A DNA stretch of 64,000 nt from a virus (IMGVR_UViG_3300032893_000036:3221-67220), one strand, 5' to 3'; counted from the first letter of the stretch, positions 43,870 through 53,512 are shown. Notes: generated from the sequence alone by a model not told the origin. Numbers and translations: made by a program.

Positions 43870-45924
43870 TTAAAGCCCCTGCGCGAAGTTAGCCAATCCT
43901 TGCGCTTTGGGCGGCAGTGTCGGCAGTTGAGCCGCCTGCATGGCCGATTCAAACACGCCGTAGCTGTATCCACCGTTACCCAGGATGTCGATGTCGGAAA
44001 AGATCGTGCACCAGCCGACGCTGATTGCCTTGAGCATGTACAAGAACCCTTGATGGGTTCCGTCGATCACCTTGCCGCTGTCTGAGTAGACATACTTGAA
44101 CCGGGAGTCCCGATAGCAGGAGTACAACTGCGCCTTCCAGCCTGCGACCGATCCACCCGTGCCGTCCTTGAAGTTGTCCCCGCCCTCGTAGCAGTTGAAC
44201 TGCACCGTGTTCCAGGGTTGGCCGGAAATGCCGCTTTGGATGCCCTGGATCTGGCTGATCTGCAGCCCGATGTAACCGCTGGCATTGATCTGTGTGCAGG
44301 TATGGCCGCTCACCACATTGGTATAGGCGAGCTGCATGATGGCGAGATTCGGATCTCCCAGCGCCAGAATGAAGTTGATATCCGTCGAGTTGGTGAGCGC
44401 GGTGATATCCAGATACGGCGCGACCCACACACAAAATGACCCGTGCAGATGCAGGTAGGCCGCAGTCCCCGTGATGAGCGTGTTGAGCGAGTCGTTCAGC
44501 TGGCTGTAGGCGGAACTGACGGTCTGACAACCGACGCCAAAGACCACGCGCGAGGAATATGCGGATGATCCATAGACTGCATAGATCGCATCTGCAGCGG
44601 TCCCTGAGGCATATCCGAGTGCCTTCTGGCTGTTCGCGGTGCTGTAAATGCCTTGGCTGAGGTAATTGGCGTACTTCTGCTGCGGGAACGTCGCATTCCA
44701 GACCTCGTTGGAAATCTCACCATATAGCTTCTGCGCACTGTTCAGCCCGGCAGTCCCCACTCCGTCCAAACATCCGGTGCCGTTGTAGAACATGTTGGCG
44801 ACATCGGTGTATTCGGTGGACTGCGTGCCCTCGAAATTGAAGTTGTGGTGGATGTCGATCCCAAGCTTGTTTCCAAGCGCGATGATGACCTCAATCGGCA
44901 CGCCATCCGGCCCGTTCCAGAGCGCCGAGGTCGGTCGAGCGCGGTTGCTCCAGGGTGCAATGATAGCGTAAACAGACGCATTGGTCTGAGTAGCACTCAA
45001 CGCACTGAACGTGACGGTAGAGCTGTAGGCAGTGCAGTTGATGTTGCGGAAGACACCGTCCGACCACAGCGCGCTATAGGTGCCGGTAGGCAGCAGCCAG
45101 ACGTTTCCGGAGATCGTCCCGTCCGAATACTGCCCGTTGATGGTGGCAGACGTGTCGTTGATCTGCGGAGTGGATGAGAACTGTACCTGTGGCAAGCGCC
45201 AGTTCTGGTTGCGCCAGTCCATGTCACGAAAGATCGAGATCTTTGCTGCCTGCATACAGGCGATGAAGTTCGGATCGAAGATCTCGCCCGCGTCGTATGC
45301 CGTCGTGTTCCCGGAATACACCAGATCCATCGCTCGAGGGTTATTCGGGGATGCGCCAACGCTCGTGAAAGTCCAGGTGATACCGGCCGTCGATGGCGTG
45401 TTGCAGTTGAAGGTGATGACCGCCTGACCGTTGCCGGTATTGGTCACCTGATTACCGACCACGGAACAGTTGGGGCTCGTGCAAGCGACGCTGGTCGGAT
45501 CACCGCTCAGCGTCATCACGAACTGCCCAGTGATCCGCATGCGCCACTGGCCGGCCGGATAGAGGGTGGTTGCCCCTGGTGGCGGAATGGAAGCGCCGCC
45601 ACTAACCGTGTTGATATTGACGAAGACAGCGCCGTGCACCGAGGTGTACACGGTGCTGTCGATGCCGGTCAGCGAGGTGAGATAGCCAAGCGAGTCCAGC
45701 TGCAGGTTTGCCGGATGGTCTGCGCCCGAGGTGTTCCAAGAATTGAGCGAAGATCCGCCTCCTCGGGCGAACTTCAGCACGTTCATGAACGGCATCTCAG
45801 TGCCGTATACCTGCAATGGGGTCGCGTTCATCCCCACGCGGTTGACGATCGCACCGCCAGCCGCAGCTGCAAATAAACCGCCCGCGTTACCAATCAATCT
45901 TGAGCCCGATCCGACGAGGCTCAC
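43870..45924 (-). CDS. glycoside hydrolase-like virion protein
   Basis: FRDMDW, GVPIEVIIAL.N, LY.E.SNEVWN, CYEGG: GH-A clan-like NE acid/base and later E nucleophile. Confidence 0.7.
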   Translation of the reverse strand: MSLVGSGSRLIGNAGGLFAAAAGGAIVNRVGMNATPLQVYGTEMPFMNVLKFARGGGSSLNSWNTSGADHPANLQLDSLGYLTSLTGIDSTVYTSVHGAVFVNINTVSGGASIPPPGATTLYPAGQWRMRITGQFVMTLSGDPTSVACTSPNCSVVGNQVTNTGNGQAVITFNCNTPSTAGITWTFTSVGASPNNPRAMDLVYSGNTTAYDAGEIFDPNFIACMQAAKISIFRDMDWRNQNWRLPQVQFSSTPQINDTSATINGQYSDGTISGNVWLLPTGTYSALWSDGVFRNINCTAYSSTVTFSALSATQTNASVYAIIAPWSNRARPTSALWNGPDGVPIEVIIALGNKLGIDIHHNFNFEGTQSTEYTDVANMFYNGTGCLDGVGTAGLNSAQKLYGEISNEVWNATFPQQKYANYLSQGIYSTANSQKALGYASGTAADAIYAVYGSSAYSSRVVFGVGCQTVSSAYSQLNDSLNTLITGTAAYLHLHGSFCVWVAPYLDITALTNSTDINFILALGDPNLAIMQLAYTNVVSGHTCTQINASGYIGLQISQIQGIQSGISGQPWNTVQFNCYEGGDNFKDGTGGSVAGWKAQLYSCYRDSRFKYVYSDSGKVIDGTHQGFLYMLKAISVGWCTIFSDIDILGNGGYSYGVFESAMQAAQLPTLPPKAQGLANFAQGL

Positions 45925-48168
45925 TTAAGCACTCACATTGTAGAGATTGACGAATGGGGCAATGTTGGCAACCGACCCAGTGATCTGCGAGAGCCCGATG
46001 GATGACGGCATCGCGACCGATGTGGTGCTGAAGTAGCCACCGCCCAAAATAACTTGGTTGCTTGCCGCGCTCGCGGCGCCCAGCTGGCCACTGTACGTCA
46101 GCGCACCTTCCGAGGCCACGACGTTGTTGAACGTGGCGAAATTGAATCCAGACGATGCAGTATTTGACATCAGTCCGAGCCAGTAATTTCCGGGCGTCAT
46201 CGATGCAGCCAGCGGCAGCGTCAGTCCGCGGATACCTGCATAACTCGCACTTGACGCGGTGGACGAGTTCGTCATCGCGTAGCTCTGCGAGCCGGACGTA
46301 GCCAGCGACAGCGTCGATCCGTTTCTCGTATATAGCGCGCCGTACACTGAGATCGTGTTGCCGTAGCTAGAGTTCGTGTTAGAGAAGCTACCGGAGATGA
46401 ATTCACGCAGCGCGGACACCGACAGATTGGCATCCAGCACGATCTGTTGCAGGACGACGCTACCCGCGCCAAGTGCTGTGGTGAGCGGTAGTCCGTTCAG
46501 AATTCCGTTATCCCAATACGATAGCGTGCCGTAGTTCGGTGCTCCGATGCTGATCGTGCTTCCATTGGTAGAAATTGACACCGCACCCGTCGCGCTCAAT
46601 GAACTGGTCGCAGGCGCCGAGACCTGAATCGACCCGTTGCTGAAGCCCATCGTCATGGCGCCTAGTGCGTTGAACGATTGCGTGCGCATATCAAGGGTCG
46701 TGGACGAGTTCTGCGTGGTGTTCCCCAGCGCATACAGTCCCACGCTAGACACCTGAGTCGCTGAGAAGCTTGCCGTCACCACGGAGCTATTACTCATGCC
46801 GAAAGTGACGTTGTTCGAGTTACTGAACGCCACCGTTCCGCCATTCGTGCTTTGAGTGCCAGCGCTGATTGCCGCTCCTCCGCCACCAGCAGCAGCACTT
46901 GCCGTAATGACCGAACCATTGAGACCAAAACTCACGCCATTGGAATTGCTGAACGTGACGGCCGACAGGTTATTGCTCGTCGTGCCGGCACTCACATTGA
47001 TTGCGGTCAGCGATGTGGCTACCGATCCTGTAATCGTCGACCCGTTAAGGCCAAAACTAACGCCGTTGGAATTTGAAAAGACCACCGACCCGAGAGAATT
47101 CGAAGTCGTGCCCGCCGACACCGACAGGTTGGCGAAATTGGTCGTGCCAGGAGCCGAGATGACGAGCGTGTTGCCGCTCATGCCGACCGAGACCACGCCC
47201 GAACCCGACACGTTGAAGGCCGAAAGTGCCATCGTATTGCTTGAGCTCTGCGCTGTCGTGTTGCCGAGCGCCAGAATCGAGGCCGAGGCACCCGCGCCCG
47301 AAGCGCTTGCCGTGATCGTGGACCCATTCAGTCCGAACGACACGCCGTTGCTGTTCGAGAAGACGATGGAGCCGAGGTTGTTACTGGTCGTGCCGGCGCT
47401 GATGTTCGGAGACCCTCCGCCCGCAGCCGCAGCCGATAGCGCCAAGTTTAACCCGGCCGTATTCAGCGTCATGCTGGCCGAGACATTGGTCCCTGCGAAT
47501 GTCGTGCCCTGACCAGCCGCCGATGTGCTGTTGTAACTGGCGGTGAGAGTGCTGGCGTTAATGCCAAACGTCACTCCGTTGGAATTGCTATAGACGAGAG
47601 TCGATTGCGAGGCCGTGATCGTCTGGCCGTTCAGACCGAAAGAAACACCATTGGCATTGCTAAAAGAAATGGCGCCAGTATTCGCACTTGTCGTGCCAGC
47701 TTGGATCGCCTGAATGTTGCTCTGCGTTTGCGCGGTCTGGGCAAATGTGGCTGTTGCGGTGACAGTGGAGACGTTTAATCCGAAGCTGACGTTGTTACTA
47801 TTACTGAACACGACTGCGCCGGCCGACACGCTATTCGCACCGGCCGAAATCGCTGAGACGCCTGGATTGGCGCTGGCCGTGATCTGAGTCGACCCGGACA
47901 TGCCGAAAGTGACGTTGTTCGAGTTTGCAAAGACCTGCGTGCCAGAAGTCGCGGTCTGAGTGCCGGCGCCGATTGCCGCAATGCCAGCTGCAGCTCCCGG
48001 CGTGACGGTCGCCGTGATCGTCCCGTTGTTGTAGCCAAATGTAACGCCGTTGCTGTTGCTGAATATGACGGTGCCGCTGCTGGCACTGCCGCCACCGGCT
48101 GATATCGCGACACCCCCACCTCCACCTCCGCCAGGGATGTATGCATTACCGTTCGACGCATTAGCCAT
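45925..48168 (-). CDS. long uncharged Ser/Thr/Asn/Gly repeat fibre protein
   Basis: About 9 repeats of ISAG......G.V.FSNSNGVSFGLNGSTITAS; no D/E/K/R in the first ~490 aa. Confidence 0.75.
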   Translation of the reverse strand: MANASNGNAYIPGGGGGGGVAISAGGGSASSGTVIFSNSNGVTFGYNNGTITATVTPGAAAGIAAIGAGTQTATSGTQVFANSNNVTFGMSGSTQITASANPGVSAISAGANSVSAGAVVFSNSNNVSFGLNVSTVTATATFAQTAQTQSNIQAIQAGTTSANTGAISFSNANGVSFGLNGQTITASQSTLVYSNSNGVTFGINASTLTASYNSTSAAGQGTTFAGTNVSASMTLNTAGLNLALSAAAAGGGSPNISAGTTSNNLGSIVFSNSNGVSFGLNGSTITASASGAGASASILALGNTTAQSSSNTMALSAFNVSGSGVVSVGMSGNTLVISAPGTTNFANLSVSAGTTSNSLGSVVFSNSNGVSFGLNGSTITGSVATSLTAINVSAGTTSNNLSAVTFSNSNGVSFGLNGSVITASAAAGGGGAAISAGTQSTNGGTVAFSNSNNVTFGMSNSSVVTASFSATQVSSVGLYALGNTTQNSSTTLDMRTQSFNALGAMTMGFSNGSIQVSAPATSSLSATGAVSISTNGSTISIGAPNYGTLSYWDNGILNGLPLTTALGAGSVVLQQIVLDANLSVSALREFISGSFSNTNSSYGNTISVYGALYTRNGSTLSLATSGSQSYAMTNSSTASSASYAGIRGLTLPLAASMTPGNYWLGLMSNTASSGFNFATFNNVVASEGALTYSGQLGAASAASNQVILGGGYFSTTSVAMPSSIGLSQITGSVANIAPFVNLYNVSA

Positions 48169-48172
48169 GGGC

Positions 48173-48814
48173 TTACCGACTCGCCACGTTGTACTGAATA
48201 ACTTTCATGGTCACCGAGCCTGATCCGCTGTTGAGGAGCGCCCGGACGTACGTCGGGGTGAACAGGAAATTGGTCTGCACGGCTCCCGTGGCATTTACTC
48301 CGTTCGTGTCGTTCGTGTTGATCCATGTCATGGAGGACACGCCCACGGGATCAGTCGGGCTATTCGGGTCATCGTAGGTCGATTGGATGGTGTAATTCAC
48401 CGTCCCGCTGACATCGCACTGAATCCCCACTGGAGGGCTGGCCCACTCATCAAGCCGCACCCACGGCGTCGCGCCCGTGCCGCTGGTCCCGACTGTCACG
48501 GCAGCGGAGGCATTGCCGGCGATGGTGATCGATGTCACCTTGGCATAGTCCAATACGGACGTCACGCTCGTGCCGTTGCTGGTTACCGTCTCAGTGAGCA
48601 GCGAGCCCGTCGGCGTCGTTCCAGTGATGGTGAACGGGTGTGTGTTGTCGGTCGTCGTGATCGTGATGCGCTGCGGATTGGTGATGACAGCAACGCCTCC
48701 CGTGACCAATGCCCCATTCAGCGTCAGCGGTCCGGAGGTGGGCGTCTGCGACAGCGCGATGTTGTTCCCCGTCTGCGCAGTCAGCGGGCCTACGGTCGCG
48801 GTGATCGGTCTCAA
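48173..48814 (-). CDS. virion structural protein
   Basis: Thr-rich beta protein; V.GTVNYT.Q.T.DDP; AGGAG SD with TTG start. Confidence 0.7.
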   Translation of the reverse strand: MRPITATVGPLTAQTGNNIALSQTPTSGPLTLNGALVTGGVAVITNPQRITITTTDNTHPFTITGTTPTGSLLTETVTSNGTSVTSVLDYAKVTSITIAGNASAAVTVGTSGTGATPWVRLDEWASPPVGIQCDVSGTVNYTIQSTYDDPNSPTDPVGVSSMTWINTNDTNGVNATGAVQTNFLFTPTYVRALLNSGSGSVTMKVIQYNVASR

Positions 48815-48835
48815 GTTTCGCTCTCCTAAAACGAC

Positions 48836-48858
48836 AACGGCAGCGCGAGGCTGCCGTT
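48836..48858 (-). terminator. hairpin, possible intrinsic terminator after the head genes
   Basis: AACGGCAGC-N5-GCTGCCGTT followed by GTCGTTTT on the minus strand. Confidence 0.45.
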
Positions 48859-48888
48859 AATCGCGCATCGCCAATGGGGCGCTCGTCG

Positions 48889-49233
48889 TTACGCTTTCTG
48901 GTCCATGCCGCCGATGTCAGGATCCGGGCCCATCGTCTTGTGGCCCGGTGGCTCCTTGCCCTTGTTCGCGCCCGTGAACGGATTCGCCTCCGATCCCGTG
49001 CGGCCGCCGCTCTTGCGCGGTTTCCTGCCCGCATGCATCGGCGCTTTGCCGCCATCAATCTTGCCAACCTCAGTCTTGCCACCATGCTTTCGCTTCGCAC
49101 GGCCGCCCTTCTTCATCTCCTCAGCCTCGTCATCAATCTTCTTCGCGTTCGTGCGCGGTTCGGGTTTGGACTTCAGGTCCTCCTCATCCTCATTCACGCC
49201 GCCCGTCGATCGAGATTTACGTCCGCCTTTCAT
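48889..49233 (-). CDS. basic low-complexity xxGG-repeat protein
   Basis: MKGG, RSTGG, MKKGG, RKHGG, KIDGG, RKSGG, DIGG in 114 aa; GGAG SD. Confidence 0.75.
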   Translation of the reverse strand: MKGGRKSRSTGGVNEDEEDLKSKPEPRTNAKKIDDEAEEMKKGGRAKRKHGGKTEVGKIDGGKAPMHAGRKPRKSGGRTGSEANPFTGANKGKEPPGHKTMGPDPDIGGMDQKA

Positions 49234-49249
49234 GTCTCAGTCTCCAGGC

Positions 49250-49834
49250 TTACGAGGCCAGGTTGATACCTTGAGCGTAAGTGACCGTCAGCGTGCCGAC
49301 GCCACTTCCCGTGTTGGTGGATAGTACGACGACTTGGATGTCCTGCGTACCGACGTTGTCCCAGTTGCCGATTTGGGTCGCGCCCGTTCCGGGGACGATG
49401 CTCACCTGACCCAAGGCACCCGAGGTCACGACCGCATTCGCCGCCGTCAGTGCGGTTGCGGATGCGCCCGTGCCAAGGCCCAGAGTCGTCGCGCCACCCG
49501 TCCACGCGGTCGTCACCATCAGTTTGATCGAGTGAATCTGGCTCTGCGCCGGAATCACAATCGGGCAGGCGAACTGCCCGGCGGTACCCGTGTTGGTCGC
49601 CTGCGTGATCACGCACGACTGCGACATCACGACATAGCCCTGATTGCAGGTGCCGACCGTGCCGCCCACGCCCGCAAGGTTGCCAGTGCCATCTGAAGCG
49701 AGCACCGAGCCCACAATCAGCGGGCCTTGAAACTCGGTACCAGGAAGCGCCGGGCTACCGTTCGGCTGTGTCAGCGCGCCCGGCTGTGTATCAGGTAGCG
49801 TCTGGCCGCTGGTGGGGGTGATGTACTGGGTCAT
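49250..49834 (-). CDS. capsid decoration / head fibre protein
   Basis: T.F.GP..G motif; jelly-roll-like C-terminus (IPAQSQI..I...VTTAW); follows the capsid gene. Confidence 0.65.
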   Translation of the reverse strand: MTQYITPTSGQTLPDTQPGALTQPNGSPALPGTEFQGPLIVGSVLASDGTGNLAGVGGTVGTCNQGYVVMSQSCVITQATNTGTAGQFACPIVIPAQSQIHSIKLMVTTAWTGGATTLGLGTGASATALTAANAVVTSGALGQVSIVPGTGATQIGNWDNVGTQDIQVVVLSTNTGSGVGTLTVTYAQGINLAS

Positions 49835-50562
49835 TTCACTTCCTCGGTCGTGACAATCGTCAGGGCCGGAGTAGTCGGCTCACGACCGGAATGCTTGTCG
49901 AGGTACTTCACGGCGGCGAGCAGGATATCTCGATTATCCTTTGCTTTGCCCAACATCTGATTGCATTCCGAGCAGAGCAACGCGCGTACTTTACCCGTTT
50001 CATGGTCGTGATCGACTGAAAGTGCTTTCACTTTGCCGCCACGAGTATGGGTCTCTTCGCCGTTGCATATTGCGCATTTTCCGCTCTGAGCAATCAGCAT
50101 CTGGCCGTACTCTGCCAGCGAAAGATTGAACTTGCTGCGTAGATGGGCGTCCTTCCAGTCCATACCCTGAGCAGCCTGATATTCGCGATTGTAATCAGCG
50201 CGCCCCTCCGGCGTGCTCAGATCATGCGGAGTCGTTATTGAATTAGACTGCCGCAGATTCTGAATCCGCAGATTGAGTGGATCGCCGTCCTCGAAATAAA
50301 TCTTCCCTATAGGCCATTCGCCGTAATGGAGTGCCCAAGCGACTCGTTGAGCTGGCATCGACGCACCAAGCACGCGGACATACCTGTATGCGCCCTTGCT
50401 GCCATCTGAGAGCGTTCGCGTGGACTTAGTGCAGCCCGCTTCGGAGCCAACACGTACCTTAGATGCGCTCTTGACGCGCCAGAAAATCTTACCGGTCTCA
50501 GGGTCGTAAACGAAAATCTCGGCCAGCTTCTCAACCGGCACTGCGTTTTGATCGAAAGGCAT
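49831..50562 (-). CDS. homing endonuclease (degenerate HNH N-terminus plus endonuclease VII-like domain)
   Basis: YDPETG..W...G.EAG, RVAWALHYG.WP; Q.GKCAIC...LSVDHDHETGKVRALLCSECN..LG..KDN. Confidence 0.85.
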   Translation of the reverse strand: MPFDQNAVPVEKLAEIFVYDPETGKIFWRVKSASKVRVGSEAGCTKSTRTLSDGSKGAYRYVRVLGASMPAQRVAWALHYGEWPIGKIYFEDGDPLNLRIQNLRQSNSITTPHDLSTPEGRADYNREYQAAQGMDWKDAHLRSKFNLSLAEYGQMLIAQSGKCAICNGEETHTRGGKVKALSVDHDHETGKVRALLCSECNQMLGKAKDNRDILLAAVKYLDKHSGREPTTPALTIVTTEEVK

Positions 50563-50663
50563 ATAAGTCTCCAAGTTGTTGTTGGAGACTATAGTATATC
50601 CTTTAGATAAAACGGCGGAAATCATTTTTTGACAGATAACTTTTGGAGATTTATGAAAGATAA

Positions 50664-51578
50664 TCAGCTAGTTGGGAACGAGCCGTAGAGCGATCTCCAA
50701 TTGAAGTACGAAAGGCTATAGCGCTCGTATCCCTTGACTAAAAGGTTATCAGTAACGAAGTCCACCTGCATGTCGCTCTCGTACGGAATGCGCTCCATGT
50801 AGGCGAGTCCGGGGATGTTGGTGAGCCCGAACCACGCGAACTGCGAGGTCAGGAAGTCCATCACCATGTAGCCTTCTGGGATGCCGCCAGCCGTCGACAG
50901 GATCGCGTTGACGTCGTTGTCGGCGGTGCCAGGCCGCAGTTCGGTCTTGGTCAGTCGAATTGCGACCGGCTCTAACTGCGGGGGTACGATCAGCTTGCGG
51001 AAGCGGGCGAACATCTTCAGTCCCGCCTGATCCTTGAAGTTCGTGCGGACCGACACCTGCGCGTTCAGCAGCGTCGCTTCGTTCAAGTCCACCTGCGTGG
51101 TCGGCGTGTTTGCAATCGTCGCGCCGTCGATCGGGTGGGTCGTCGCGCACAGCGCAACACCGTCACCGTTCACGTTCGCGTTGTAGGTCGTCGCGGTGTT
51201 GAGGACGTTCGCGCCGTAGATCTCTTTCGCTTGGTGGAACGACTCCATCAGCCCCAAGTTGGACGGGTGGAACTGGGTCTTGTACAGGTTATCGTCGATC
51301 GCTTTGCGCGTGATCGCGTAGCCCAAGCCGATCTCGATGTGCTCCTGGTTGTAGACGTATCGCTCGCCGGCATTGTTATCGAATGCCGTCTGGCCGCCTT
51401 CACTCTTCAGCTGCGCGAGAGGCAAGTAGCGCATCTCGGCCGTGCGCTCAAGCGCCAGCTTTGAGGTGTACTTGGTGAAGACTTTGTCATATTGAGACGG
51501 GATCTGTTCATATTTTCCGGTGACACCCCGGAGCCCCGGCAGCAACAGGTCTTTGATGGCTGAAAGATTAATTGCCAC
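50664..51578 (-). CDS. major capsid protein
   Basis: MAINLSAIKDLLLPGL, KSEG, LGYAITR.AIDDNLY, DGVAL....HP, LIVPPQL, ADNDVNA, DF.T.N...K..ERYS...WR..YGS. Confidence 0.92.
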   Translation of the reverse strand: MAINLSAIKDLLLPGLRGVTGKYEQIPSQYDKVFTKYTSKLALERTAEMRYLPLAQLKSEGGQTAFDNNAGERYVYNQEHIEIGLGYAITRKAIDDNLYKTQFHPSNLGLMESFHQAKEIYGANVLNTATTYNANVNGDGVALCATTHPIDGATIANTPTTQVDLNEATLLNAQVSVRTNFKDQAGLKMFARFRKLIVPPQLEPVAIRLTKTELRPGTADNDVNAILSTAGGIPEGYMVMDFLTSQFAWFGLTNIPGLAYMERIPYESDMQVDFVTDNLLVKGYERYSLSYFNWRSLYGSFPTS

Positions 51579-51584
51579 TTCTCG

Positions 51585-52340
51585 TTACTCCTGCGCCGCG
51601 GCTATGACGCTCTTCCAAATTCGCCCGTTGCGAATCATGGATATGAGCGGAACTCCTACGCCGTATTGGCGCGAGAGTTGACTGTGAGGAATGGATGCGT
51701 CGGCGCTCTTGATTGCCATGACCTGATTCCGTGTGAGTTTCGCTCTGCCGTCTGCTTTTTCGACGCGCTTTTCCGGCATCGGGACATGTGTCCACGTCTT
51801 GCCGGTGATGATCTGGTGAATGTTCGTTCGATCGATTCCGTACTTCTTGCTGAGATCTTTGAGGCTCTGCGCAGAATTGCGGATATCGACCACGTCGGCA
51901 TCAGTAAGTTTGGCTAGGTCATTCAACGTGCCGGGCCTCGGCGCCGGCAGTTTGAATCGGCCTCGCTTGATGCAGTCCGCCATGTTTTCTTTACGAGTGC
52001 CAGCCCGAAGATGATTCGGATTGACGCACGCCGGAGTGTCGCAAGAATGAAGTACGTCGAGGCCATCAGGAATAGGACCAATGAACAATTTGTGACTCAA
52101 TCGGTGAGCGATGTCTCCGCGACCGAGCCCCTTGCGGCCAGCGATCGACTTGAAATAGCCGTAACCGCTGTTGCTTAGAGTCCCAGTCCAAATCCAACAT
52201 CCTGTGTCAGATTTACGGCAACGGCTGAAAAATACAGCCAATGTTGCTTCTCGATCTGTGACAACCCGAAATGGAATTCCTTCGACGGCGTCAAATTCGC
52301 GCATGGCTTCTTCAACTGTGTTGAAACAGGAAGAAATCAT
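51585..52340 (-). CDS. HNH homing endonuclease with repeated C-terminal HTH modules
   Basis: CWIWTG...GYG, AHRLS...F.GPIPDGLDVLHSCD.P.CVNP.HL..GT.KEN; two AKLT..V..I...LS..YG repeats. Confidence 0.9.
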   Translation of the reverse strand: MISSCFNTVEEAMREFDAVEGIPFRVVTDREATLAVFFSRCRKSDTGCWIWTGTLSNSGYGYFKSIAGRKGLGRGDIAHRLSHKLFIGPIPDGLDVLHSCDTPACVNPNHLRAGTRKENMADCIKRGRFKLPAPRPGTLNDLAKLTDADVVDIRNSAQSLKDLSKKYGIDRTNIHQIITGKTWTHVPMPEKRVEKADGRAKLTRNQVMAIKSADASIPHSQLSRQYGVGVPLISMIRNGRIWKSVIAAAQE

Positions 52341-52341
52341 A

Positions 52342-52962
52342 TCACGTGTTAACCGCGACCGTCTGACGTGTTTCAACATTGTTGAATGCCACGATCGCGA
52401 GGTTGTAGGCCCCCGTCTGGGTACCATTCTGACCCGGCGGGTCAACCACAATCTCCTGGAGAGTCCAGGGGTATGCCGCAGTGGTCACACCGGTATGCAA
52501 CAGATAGGCGCCGGAGAGACCGTTCGCGGCCGTGCCGGTGCCGATGTTGAAATCGAAGTTCGCGCCGACATCGGCGATGACGACTCCGGTGGAATCGCTC
52601 TGCACAATGAACTGGGCGTTGGGGTCGTTGACGATGTAGGCTTCGATGGTCGACTGGTTGCCGCTGGTGACGGGACTGCCGCCCGGCCAGTAGTTCGACC
52701 ACTCTGTCTTTTTGCTCACCGTGGAGAGGTACTTGCAGCCGGTGAAGATGCCGGCCATCGTGACCGTGCTACCACCTGCGGCGCCTGCGGCCTGCTTGAT
52801 GGTGCCGTCGCCAGAGCCGACTCGGACTACCGGGTCACCGTTGTAAATGACCGTGGCGTTGTAGTCGATGCCGCCGTTTCGGAGCGCAACCTGTTCGTAA
52901 CTCGGCGTGCTGCCGCGACCGCGGTACTGCCGAAAGCCGAAAGGTGCATTGGTATTTGCCAT
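52342..52962 (-). CDS. capsid cement / minor capsid protein
   Basis: MANTNAPFGF, IY.GD.V, GIF.GC.Y, V.DP...F..Q; sits upstream of the capsid gene. Confidence 0.75.
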   Translation of the reverse strand: MANTNAPFGFRQYRGRGSTPSYEQVALRNGGIDYNATVIYNGDPVVRVGSGDGTIKQAAGAAGGSTVTMAGIFTGCKYLSTVSKKTEWSNYWPGGSPVTSGNQSTIEAYIVNDPNAQFIVQSDSTGVVIADVGANFDFNIGTGTAANGLSGAYLLHTGVTTAAYPWTLQEIVVDPPGQNGTQTGAYNLAIVAFNNVETRQTVAVNT

Positions 52963-53209
52963 GCGCGAAACTCTCCAGTCGGAGGTCGCATGGCTACCGG
53001 AGTCATGGGGGACCTGAAACCTAAATCACAAGCTGCGCCGGGCAGCTATCGGACTTATCGCATAACTGAAATGGGAAATCAACTAAGATGGCGGCGCTAT
53101 GAAACCAATCCTGCGCTGGTGCTGGCCACATCGCCATCGCCATGAACACTCATCCGCAAGCGCTGGGCACTTGTGCCTGACGCGAATCACCCTCAGAGGA
53201 AACAAAGTC

Positions 53210-53512
53210 ATGCCTACGGTTACCGGTACGTATACCTTTCCGACGACTCGAAAGAGCGGCGCTTCGCTGGCGCTCACTGACATCAATTTCGCCTCGCTGA
53301 CGCGCAACGGGACCGAGATCGCGAAACTCGCGCCGAGCACAGCCACCGTCAGCTGGACTGACTCAAGCCCACTCACCGGCTCGGACGTCTATGAGGCGAT
53401 CTGCATCACCAACGACGGCTTTCAGGGTGACCCGTCGAACGACGTCTCCATCGTGATCGCGGCGGCCGATCCGGCCAGTGCCGGAGTGCTGACCGCAACG
53501 CTTAATCCATAG
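53210..53512 (+). CDS. small Ig/FN3-like protein on the opposite strand
   Basis: GAGGA SD; PTTR.SG..L...DI....L.RNG...WTD.....G...Y......DG..G..SN pattern. Confidence 0.6.
   Translation: MPTVTGTYTFPTTRKSGASLALTDINFASLTRNGTEIAKLAPSTATVSWTDSSPLTGSDVYEAICITNDGFQGDPSNDVSIVIAAADPASAGVLTATLNP

Noticed and set aside
46856-47512. Long antisense ORFs (also 52171-53145, 27874-28383, 57613-58236)
   Set aside because: Expected shadows of GC-rich or repetitive coding strands; no SD or motifs.
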